Source: Candidatus Hermodarchaeota archaeon | GTDB taxonomy: Archaea; Asgardarchaeota; Hermodarchaeia; Hermodarchaeales; Hermodarchaeaceae | Direction: 5' to 3' | DNA length: 27,192 bases | Assembly (NCBI GenBank): GCA_016839805.1 | Contig: JAEOTO010000017.1 | Span: 1-27,192 of the forward strand | Shown: positions 1 through 6,908 of the stretch, in pieces | How positions within the stretch are numbered: position 1 is the stretch's first letter | Layout: each line of letters starts with the position of its first letter | Translations under genes and position numbers: made by a program | The notes under the pieces: model-generated | What the model was told of the DNA's origin: nothing | What the model saw: the letters and a program-made list of their open reading frames with translations, nothing else | The model's database searches: none

Positions 1-2
1 AC

Positions 3-350
3 TTCAAAGATAGAGTCCTCAAAGACAACCACGCCGTCATCGTCTTAGAAAACAATAAAGCCATAGCCGCGAGTGCACCCCTCCGACTCAAACCCGATCA
101 ACAATTTCTCCTAGGTGATGGAGAACGAATCATCATGCGCTTCACCGCCATTCGCCCCGGTTACCGACACGCCTGGCAATACCTTCTCATAGCCATCGCC
201 CGCGAAGCCCAAGCAGCAGGATGGGCAAAGATTCCCCTCCGTGTCTCCTTCCCCTTCAACACCGGAGATCCCCTTGCCACAACCCTCGCAACCCTACAAC
301 CTGAACTAGAAAAGTACGAAGTCCTCTTGAAACTCCCACCCGAGAAGTAA
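3..350 (+). CDS. 5'-truncated protein, C-terminal part resembling a GNAT-type acetyltransferase fold
   Basis: Frame is open from position 3 (FKDRVLKDNHAVIVLENNKAIAASAPL...IIMRFTAIRPGYRHAWQYLLIAIAREAQAAGW...) to TAA at 348-350, so the ORF-track start at 135 is internal. The strand-strand-(AIRPGYR)-helix pattern resembles GNAT motif A. The fold call is tentative. Confidence 0.5.
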   Translation, partial: FKDRVLKDNHAVIVLENNKAIAASAPLRLKPDQQFLLGDGERIIMRFTAIRPGYRHAWQYLLIAIAREAQAAGWAKIPLRVSFPFNTGDPLATTLATLQPELEKYEVLLKLPPEK

Positions 351-487
351 CTCCAATCGTTACCAGCACCCTACCTCAAAATAACTACCAACCCATCATA
401 AACTAACCTTCGGTACTATTCGTAACTCTTTCCAATCCTCTCACAAAATCCTGGAACTCAATCGAACCACAACTTTCTCTGATATGA

Positions 488-613
488 CTACCTGCGCCAC
501 GTCTTCACGCGATCTCGTTCTTCCCGACTCTTCGCCTGGAACTAGATCCGCAGTGGTTTCTCACACCTCCCATCGAAATACGCCAAAATCATCCGATTCG
601 TTTACTTGAAACA
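488..613 (-). pseudogene. Displaced hydrogenase 3'-end copy A
   Basis: Translates CFK*TNRMILAYFDGRCEKPLRI*FQAKSREERDRVKTWRR*, colinear over 42 codons with 5471-5596 (CFSCTDRIILSYPDGKKEEKPWAWFQQKSREERDRVKAWRR*). Two internal stops. Confidence 0.9.
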
Positions 614-655
614 TCTAGAAGTACAGAGAGTAACACCCAATTCCAGTAATTATTT

Positions 656-925
656 ATGCTCCGATTACTCTCTTCTAGCTTGGAGGCGAAAGGCATCAAA
701 AACCGCGTCCAAAACCATAATAGAAAAGAGCAATATCGCCGCTGGAAGGCATACATCGAAGCAATGCGTGGACCCCTCAGCAGCATACCAGCTGATCACC
801 AACAAATTGATGCAATGATTGTGAGAAAACGTGCTGAAGCACGATTCTTTGAGGGGCGCAATCAACATTCTGTGAATCGGTCCGCATTTCATCTGACTAA
901 AATGCTTAAACGCCAAACCGGCTAA
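656..925 (+). CDS. Small hypothetical protein or gene remnant (cargo between copies A and B)
   Basis: 89-aa ATG ORF filling most of the interval between two tail copies; no recognisable motif. Confidence 0.3.
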   Translation: MLRLLSSSLEAKGIKNRVQNHNRKEQYRRWKAYIEAMRGPLSSIPADHQQIDAMIVRKRAEARFFEGRNQHSVNRSAFHLTKMLKRQTG

Positions 926-1003
926 TCCCCAAAACCCCGCCTATTCAAGACGCTGTTAAGGTTGAAAGCCCTTTTAAGCTATCTTCTTAAATATGGAGAC
1001 AAC

Positions 1004-1135
1004 TTGGAGTCGTCACGTGCTTGCCTGCCCACATGCTTCTCGACTCCTTGCTCAAAGCACGCCCACGGCTTTACTTCTTTCTTCCCATCCGGGTATGCCA
1101 AAATGATCCGATCCGTACATGAAAAACACGGTATC
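1004..1135 (-). pseudogene. Displaced hydrogenase 3'-end copy B
   Basis: PCFSCTDRIILAYPDGKKEVKPWA matches the resident gene at 22/24 aa (58/72 nt), then CFEQ-(1-nt deletion)-SREACGQAST*RL. Confidence 0.92.
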
Positions 1136-1211
1136 TGAGTTCCCATTCAAATCTAAAAACTCTATTATTACATGAAAGGGTGACTGGATTGTAAATGACG
1201 GGATTGTCAGA

Positions 1212-1922
1212 TTATTGGATCATATGCCCCCAATTTGCAGTCGTCACGTGAAGCACATGGTGGGTCGCGTTCAAGACGACATATTGGTAAATTCTACTAC
1301 CTACCAAATCACCATATTTGAGCATCATATGGACCATGAACGCATCTCCATAGGTTTCAGTATACGGAGGATATCTCGAAATCTCGTACCCTGTTGTAAT
1401 CCATCGTGCCGATCGCATTGCATCTGAATTGACCTTCCAGGGAAAGGAAATCGTCATCGACTGGTTTGAAGCCACAATCGCACTACCAAAATTTACCTGA
1501 ACCGTGAGGTTGGAAATCCAATACGCCGACGCATTATACTCGTATTCCGCAGAAATCCATGGCTTCGTTTTGGTGATGTTTTCCAATCGCGAGACCAAGT
1601 ATTCGAGGGTCTCATTGTTGATAAAATTAAGCCAGGTTTCAAATCTACTGGGTGTCATAACATCACCATGCGACCAATAGGGTGTCCACTCCAAAATCTC
1701 GCTATAATTCGCTATCTCCGCGCTATGCATCGCATCCCGGGCAGGCCCCGCTGTTGGAGACCGATGAAACACCATCGAATGTGTGGGAAGTGGTTGTCCA
1801 AAATACCAGAAATATGACCCCACCATGAGGGCAATAAAAAAAACTAAAGGCACGGCAATAAGAACTCGCCTATCGAAACGACGCGATTTCACCTTTGATG
1901 TCATCATCACACAGCATAACAT
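1212..1922 (-). CDS. Hypothetical membrane-anchored protein (single N-terminal TM; start probably ATG ~1907)
   Basis: 236-aa ORF with a basic stretch (KSRRFDRR), a hydrophobic segment (VLIAVPLVFFIALMVGSYFWYF) and a soluble domain with several N-x-S/T sequons. Confidence 0.7.
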   Translation of the reverse strand: MLCCVMMTSKVKSRRFDRRVLIAVPLVFFIALMVGSYFWYFGQPLPTHSMVFHRSPTAGPARDAMHSAEIANYSEILEWTPYWSHGDVMTPSRFETWLNFINNETLEYLVSRLENITKTKPWISAEYEYNASAYWISNLTVQVNFGSAIVASNQSMTISFPWKVNSDAMRSARWITTGYEISRYPPYTETYGDAFMVHMMLKYGDLVGSRIYQYVVLNATHHVLHVTTANWGHMIQ

Positions 1923-2099
1923 AGCGCATTATAAGAATGATAGTTTTGCGGAAACAAGTCACTTTTATAACAAAAAAAGGATACTACACTCCAAACTGCC
2001 TGAAAACCGTTCAAGTTTCAACTTAGTTCAGATTTACCATTTAACCAAGATAAGAATCATTAAAAACCAACCCTGATGTAAAGCTACACAAGGGAATCA

Positions 2100-2456
2100 A
2101 TGATGCATTATCAGGTAGGCGGTTGGATGCTTCTCTGCTCGATGATCCAACCGCCACCATTCATTGACGACTTTGAATTGACCGCTTTGATGTATAACTT
2201 CCTACTTGGATTCTCCATTATTCTCGTCATCGCCCTCACCATCATTGTGGGGTGGCTTCTCAAACGAATATATCCTTCACCGAAACTCACTGGTCGAGAT
2301 TACGCCGCACTAACCGCGTTTATCGGCATTGTATTTTTCGCGTGTGCCCCCTACTGCACACCCCTTGCCAGCCATTCCCCCCTCGTTGCATATCTTGCCG
2401 CAGTCTTTGGATGCTGGTACCTCGCATGCCGATCTCCATGGTGGAAAAAACGCTAA
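2100..2456 (+). CDS. Small hypothetical membrane protein (about 3 TM)
   Basis: 118-aa ORF with three hydrophobic segments and a basic C-terminus (WWKKR). Exact start uncertain. Confidence 0.65.
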   Translation: MMHYQVGGWMLLCSMIQPPPFIDDFELTALMYNFLLGFSIILVIALTIIVGWLLKRIYPSPKLTGRDYAALTAFIGIVFFACAPYCTPLASHSPLVAYLAAVFGCWYLACRSPWWKKR

Positions 2457-2518
2457 ACCGACAAGAATTCACTTCAATCGGAAGACCAAGAGTAATCTAA
2501 TGCACAGCATACGATCGA

Positions 2519-2634
2519 TTACCCACGCCACATTTTTCAGCTTCACAGGCTTCCCGACTTTGCTTCTCAAACCAAGCCCACGGCTTCTCCTCTTTCGAGT
2601 CATCAGGATAAGCCAGGATAATCCGATCCACACA
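2519..2634 (-). pseudogene. Displaced hydrogenase 3'-end copy C
   Basis: CVDRIILAYPDDSKEEKPWAWFEKQSREACE-(1-nt deletion)-KMWRG* aligns with the resident CTDRIILSYPDGKKEEKPWAWFQQKSREERDRVKAWRR*. Confidence 0.9.
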
Positions 2635-2728
2635 ATTTCTGGTCAAATCCTCTTCAACTTAACAGCTTCATTTATTATGCTAACTGGAGATCAAAGAAAC
2701 TCTAAGAGAATTCTTCGAGAGAAAAGAA

Positions 2729-3154
2729 CTACTCATCCTCTTTAAAATCGAGTGAGACTGAATTAATACAGTAGCGTAACCCCGTCTTATCTCTCGGTCC
2801 ATCATCAAACACATGACCAAGATGCCCACCACAGTTCTTACACAGAACTTCTATTCGTCGCATAGCATGAGAGAGATCGAGTTTCTCTTCAATTTTGTCT
2901 TTATCTAGGGCATCATAAAAACTCGGCCAACCACAACCAGAATCGAATTTTGCATCAGATGAAAAGAGTTCCACACCACAACCCGCACACTTGTAGGTAC
3001 CCTTTTCTTTATGATTCCAATACTTACCAGTGAACGGACGTTCTGTCCCCTTCTCTCGCAACACAACATACTCTCGTTTAGAGAGTTTCTTCTTCCATTC
3101 GTCTTCGGTTAATTCTCCTGCAATCTTCATATCAATCACTTCGTTTATTGCCAC
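2729..3154 (-). CDS. msrB: Peptide-methionine (R)-S-oxide reductase MsrB, Zn-binding
   Basis: GTERPF, CAGC and CKNC zinc pairs, KFDSGCGWPSF, HLGHVFDDGP, RYCINS motifs. Confidence 0.97.
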   Translation of the reverse strand: MAINEVIDMKIAGELTEDEWKKKLSKREYVVLREKGTERPFTGKYWNHKEKGTYKCAGCGVELFSSDAKFDSGCGWPSFYDALDKDKIEEKLDLSHAMRRIEVLCKNCGGHLGHVFDDGPRDKTGLRYCINSVSLDFKEDE

Positions 3155-3246
3155 AAATCACTAATTGCTTTTCGCAAATACTAGCACTAATAGCAATTGC
3201 TTAATGATTTGGAAACGTTACACTCATTCTGAAGATCAAGAGAAAA

Positions 3247-3309
3247 TTATCAGCACCACACTTTTGCTCTTTCACGCTCTCCACGGCTCTTCTGCTGGAA
3301 CCACGCCCC
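3247..3309 (-). pseudogene. Displaced hydrogenase 3'-end copy D (short)
   Basis: AWFQQKSRGERERAKVWC** versus resident AWFQQKSREERDRVKAWRR*. cggctcttctgctggaacca is 19/20 identical to the resident gene. Terminal TGG TGC TGA TAA is explicable as W-R-R-stop with two C>T changes. Confidence 0.85.
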
Positions 3310-3343
3310 CAAACGCACCTCACGCCTTACACACCGTAATCCA

Positions 3344-3380
3344 TTTAAAGAAACCAAAAACCGGACGCCATGGTGAGGTG
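3344..3380 (+). promoter_or_regulatory. Putative TATA box and Shine-Dalgarno for the 692-aa ORF
   Basis: TTTAAA at 3344-3349 and GGTGAGGTG at 3372-3380, 11 nt before ATG 3392. Confidence 0.45.
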
Positions 3381-3391
3381 TCCCCCACAAT

Positions 3392-5470
3392 ATGGTCCCC
3401 ACCACCCCATCTGAGGAGTATAAAACTGCTACTACGAACCCTCCTACTGAAAATCACATGCCCTCCACCACAGCCACTCTGTTATCGACCCAATTTCTCC
3501 TGAAGACAGGCAAACCCATTAAAAAATGGACCCGCCTCCGCCACGATCTCGCCACCACGCCTGAAGCCGAACACCTTCTCGATAACTACGGTCACACCGC
3601 CTGGCAAACCCTCGAACACAACCTCCACCGACACCCCTACCTCCAAACCCGCACCACCTTCGACCACGCCTACATCAACACCCTCTGGCACCGCACCCTC
3701 ACCGCCGCCCGCCACGACAGACACCTCACAAACAAAACCTACAAAGAACTCGAAACCATCACCGGCATCCCTGCCGGACGCATCCGCGACTGGCATCTTG
3801 GCGAAAAAGAACCCCACCTCGAACGCACCCTCCGCATCCACGAAAATGCACGCCAACAATGGGAGAACGAACTTCAAAACGAAGCCAAAGACCACATCCT
3901 CGACCCCAGCCTCGTCTACACCACCTTCAAACCCCTCCTCGACCACCCCGACCACCAAACCCCCCAAGCCCTCACCACCGCCATCGAAACCCTCTACCAC
4001 CACGGCGACACCACCCGACTCACCATCGTCGAACTCAAACCCTACCACAAAACCGGACCCCAACCCCTCCGCACCATCGCCCACACCATCACCAAACACC
4101 AACCCCAGATTACCAACCTCCTCAACCAACACCTCAACCTCGCTGAAACGCAAGAGGAGCTCTGCTTCGCTATTGACCACGACATCCTCTACATTTGGCG
4201 CAAAACCACACACCCCGACCACTGGCTCAACACCTACAAAGACGAACTCCTCTACCTCAAACCCAAAATCAAAGAAGACCTCATCACCACCGCCCAACGC
4301 CACCTCAACGTCAACACCCAACAACTCGGACAACTCCTCACACAACTCACCGACCACAAAGGCCACCGCACCTACAACCCCCGCGCCACCCCCTACGAAC
4401 TCACCCACTCCAGCCCCAGCCTCCACGGCAACACCCTCCACCTCCTCCTCGACGCCACCAACCAATCCTTTGATGCAATTAAAACCCATATCATCCAAAT
4501 CGGACGCATCGTCAACCACGAAAAAGGCGGCGGCATCCAAAACCCTCAATTCCCTATAGGCGAAAAACTCGACGAAATCCGTGCACAGCTTATAGCCATC
4601 GCCCTCAGCGACTGCCATATCAACAAAAACACCCACGTCCTCACCTACCATGAAAAAGACAAAGATCGAATTGAATACGTACGAACACTCTTCCGAAAAC
4701 TTGGTGAAACTGACTACAAAACTGAAGAACTTAAAGGAAAACGCAAGCGCCTCACCATCACAGCCGTAGTAGGTCGGCTCCTTGAAAACTGGGGCGTCCC
4801 CAAAGGCGACAAACACCTTCACCCCAACTTCCGGTTACCGCAGAGTATACGCGACGGAACAAATGCCACTAAATGCGCCTACCTTCAAGAAATAATCCCT
4901 GAAGAGGGTTACTTTGTCAAACGCGCACATCATCAATTCGGAATAAAGAGAGCTCAAATTCTTACATCTGGCGACAAAGGAGAAAATCATGGATTTTTAC
5001 AAAAAGTTACTCCAGATGAAAAGGCGTTTATTCAAAAATATGGGCGAGAACAAATCTTTCAAATTAGAGATGATAAACCTCGACGGGTATTCATACTAGT
5101 CTGGGGGAAATTAAAGCATTTGGCAAAAAGAACAAAAGACAACCATGAAGTACAAATCGCCCAACACCTAGTAAAAACGATTCAAGAAAATAAATGCAAA
5201 TTACTGGAGGATGAAATTCAATTAGCATCCAGTTTAGGAATCAGCATGTATAAACTAATTAAGCAAATTCAATTTTATGAAAGTGGACGAGTATCTACCA
5301 TTTGGGAAGCCTACACCCGAACAAAAAAAGACACCTACAAATGGTCACAACTCGCTTTGCCTTCAACAGGAATTAAACGAAAAGCCGTTGAAAAATGGAT
5401 TGCCCAATATCAATTAGAATCTCCTAAACATAAAAAGAACAAAAAACGTGAATTCTCCAAACTTCTGTGA
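3392..5470 (+). CDS. Free-standing HTH + double LAGLIDADG (DOD)-like homing endonuclease domain protein
   Basis: HTH-like TYKELETITGIPAGRIRDW. LAGLIDADG-like helices QLIAIALSDCHI (~4586-4620) and KCAYLQEIIPEEGYF (~4871-4915), with the intervening LLENWGVPKGDK and RLPQSI and a block-H-like LLEDEIQLASSLGI. No intein splicing motifs seen. Confidence 0.7.
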   Translation: MVPTTPSEEYKTATTNPPTENHMPSTTATLLSTQFLLKTGKPIKKWTRLRHDLATTPEAEHLLDNYGHTAWQTLEHNLHRHPYLQTRTTFDHAYINTLWHRTLTAARHDRHLTNKTYKELETITGIPAGRIRDWHLGEKEPHLERTLRIHENARQQWENELQNEAKDHILDPSLVYTTFKPLLDHPDHQTPQALTTAIETLYHHGDTTRLTIVELKPYHKTGPQPLRTIAHTITKHQPQITNLLNQHLNLAETQEELCFAIDHDILYIWRKTTHPDHWLNTYKDELLYLKPKIKEDLITTAQRHLNVNTQQLGQLLTQLTDHKGHRTYNPRATPYELTHSSPSLHGNTLHLLLDATNQSFDAIKTHIIQIGRIVNHEKGGGIQNPQFPIGEKLDEIRAQLIAIALSDCHINKNTHVLTYHEKDKDRIEYVRTLFRKLGETDYKTEELKGKRKRLTITAVVGRLLENWGVPKGDKHLHPNFRLPQSIRDGTNATKCAYLQEIIPEEGYFVKRAHHQFGIKRAQILTSGDKGENHGFLQKVTPDEKAFIQKYGREQIFQIRDDKPRRVFILVWGKLKHLAKRTKDNHEVQIAQHLVKTIQENKCKLLEDEIQLASSLGISMYKLIKQIQFYESGRVSTIWEAYTRTKKDTYKWSQLALPSTGIKRKAVEKWIAQYQLESPKHKKNKKREFSKLL

Positions 5471-6676
5471 CTAACGGCGCCAAGCTTTAACTCGATCTCG
5501 TTCTTCCCGGCTCTTTTGCTGGAACCAGGCCCATGGCTTCTCCTCTTTCTTCCCATCAGGGTAGGAAAGAATGATGCGATCGGTGCATGAAAAACAAGGA
5601 TCAATCGAAGCTAACGCGATGGGGACGTCGGCGATTTTGCCGCCTTTGAGGATTTCGATGACGCCTGGGATGTTGCCGAGGGTGGGGGCGCGGGCTTTGT
5701 GGCGTTCGGGCTTATCTGTTCCATTGGAGACGACGTAGTGGACGACTTCGCCGCGTGGGGCTTCGAAGGTGCTGAGGGCTTTGCCGGGTGGGACGCGGCG
5801 GGGGGCGCGGATGCTGATGTCGCCTGGGGGGAGGTTGTTGAGCCAGTGGATGCAGCAATTGGTGGCATCGATGGTTTCGAGGATGCGGACGACGACGCGA
5901 CCGGCGACGTCGCAGAGGTCGGAGGTTCGGGTTTCCCAGTGTTTGCCTTCGCTTTCCTTGTAGGGGGTGCGTGGTTGGGTGTTGCGGACATCCCAGTGAA
6001 TATCAGATGCTCGGGCTGTGGGACCGGTGGTACAGAGAGCTTTCCCGATCTCTGTTTCGAGAATGCCGACGCCTAAGGCGCGATCAAGAATGGTTTGTTC
6101 CTTTAAAATCAGGTTCAGGTAATGTTGCATCCGGTCACGGATTTTTTCCATCCGTTCAACCATGGATGGTACTTGGGGTTTGGTGACATCGTGGCGGACG
6201 CCACCAATGATGTTGTTGGCGTAATTGACCCGATTTCCACAGATCTCTTCGATGACATCCATGGCGTACTCGCGGTCCCGCCATGTATAATGGAAGAGCG
6301 TATCCCAGCCTATCTCATGACCAGCAACGCCTAGCCAGAGAATGTGGCTGTGAATTCGGTTTAACTCATTCATGATGCCCCGAATGTACAAACCACGTGG
6401 CGGCACATCCAAATCGAGAATCTCTTCTACAGCCTGGACATAACACGTCGTGTGGGATTGTGAGCAGATGCCACAGATGCGTTCCGCTAAGTAGACGTTT
6501 TGGCTATAACTTCGGCTTTCAAATGCTTTTTCAATTCCGCGATGGACGTATCCAATTCGGGCATCGACATCGACGACGATTTCTCCGTCAACGGTTATAG
6601 TGAAATTTTCGGGTTCTTTAAGAGCGGGGTGTTGGGGCCCGATGGGGATGGTCATGGTCATGGGTTGTTTTGCCAT
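5471..6676 (-). CDS. Group 4 [NiFe]-hydrogenase large subunit (Mbh/Ech-like, NuoD superfamily)
   Basis: GPQHP, GYVHRGIEK, L1 motif ERICGICSQSH, EAPRGE, RAPT, L2 motif DPCFSCTDR followed by a C-terminal extension. Confidence 0.95.
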   Translation of the reverse strand: MAKQPMTMTIPIGPQHPALKEPENFTITVDGEIVVDVDARIGYVHRGIEKAFESRSYSQNVYLAERICGICSQSHTTCYVQAVEEILDLDVPPRGLYIRGIMNELNRIHSHILWLGVAGHEIGWDTLFHYTWRDREYAMDVIEEICGNRVNYANNIIGGVRHDVTKPQVPSMVERMEKIRDRMQHYLNLILKEQTILDRALGVGILETEIGKALCTTGPTARASDIHWDVRNTQPRTPYKESEGKHWETRTSDLCDVAGRVVVRILETIDATNCCIHWLNNLPPGDISIRAPRRVPPGKALSTFEAPRGEVVHYVVSNGTDKPERHKARAPTLGNIPGVIEILKGGKIADVPIALASIDPCFSCTDRIILSYPDGKKEEKPWAWFQQKSREERDRVKAWRR

Positions 6677-6685
6677 AGTGGGTCA

Positions 6686-6710
6686 ACTACCTGAAAGCTT
6701 TCAAAGTAGT
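6686..6710. promoter_or_regulatory. Palindrome just upstream of the hydrogenase start (candidate operator)
   Basis: Perfect 12-bp palindrome TGAAAGCTTTCA (6692-6703) flanked by ACTAC...GTAGT. Confidence 0.4.
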
Positions 6711-6761
6711 AGGTTCATGCCTATTCTTCCTTAAGAAATTAACCGTCAAACTACGATATAC

Positions 6762-6799
6762 CTATCAGGTCGATCCATTTTCTGTCAGGTCGATGCATT
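6762..6799. repeat. Two-copy direct repeat with 20-bp period in the divergent promoter region
   Basis: ctatcaggtcgatccatt / ctgtcaggtcgatgcatt, 16/18 identical. Confidence 0.75.
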
Positions 6800-6908
6800 G
6801 ACAAAATCGTACCCTGCTTTTTAAAGGATGTACCTTTTGTAAACCACTCCCTTTACGCCAGTTAATATCGAACATCACACCTACTAGCCAACAGGTCGTT
6901 CCCGATAG

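Noticed and set aside
1006-1061. Apparent HDV-ribozyme-like pseudoknot (GGAGTCG/CGACTCC and CGTGCTT/AAGCACG)
   Set aside because: It lacks a proper P3/P1.1 arrangement and lies wholly within degenerate hydrogenase tail copy B, which explains the sequence.
488-3309. CRISPR array, attC integron or DGR template-repeat interpretation of the repeats
   Set aside because: The repeats are long, diverged, codon-structured gene tails with kb-scale spacing. They are not palindromic attC sites, mismatches are not adenine-specific, and no cas, integrase or reverse transcriptase gene is present in the window.
3482-4822. Long overlapping ORFs (446 aa minus; 253, 95 and 92 aa plus)
   Set aside because: Shadows of the C/A-skewed 692-aa gene; the skew removes stop codons and gives low-complexity V/G/E or P/T/S translations.
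3392-5470. Intein-containing host gene
   Set aside because: No N-terminal C/S splice block or C-terminal HN-C/S/T motif flanks the endonuclease-like region.
5611-6186. Alternative-frame ORFs inside the hydrogenase gene
   Set aside because: Same skew artefact; the hydrogenase frame carries all conserved motifs.
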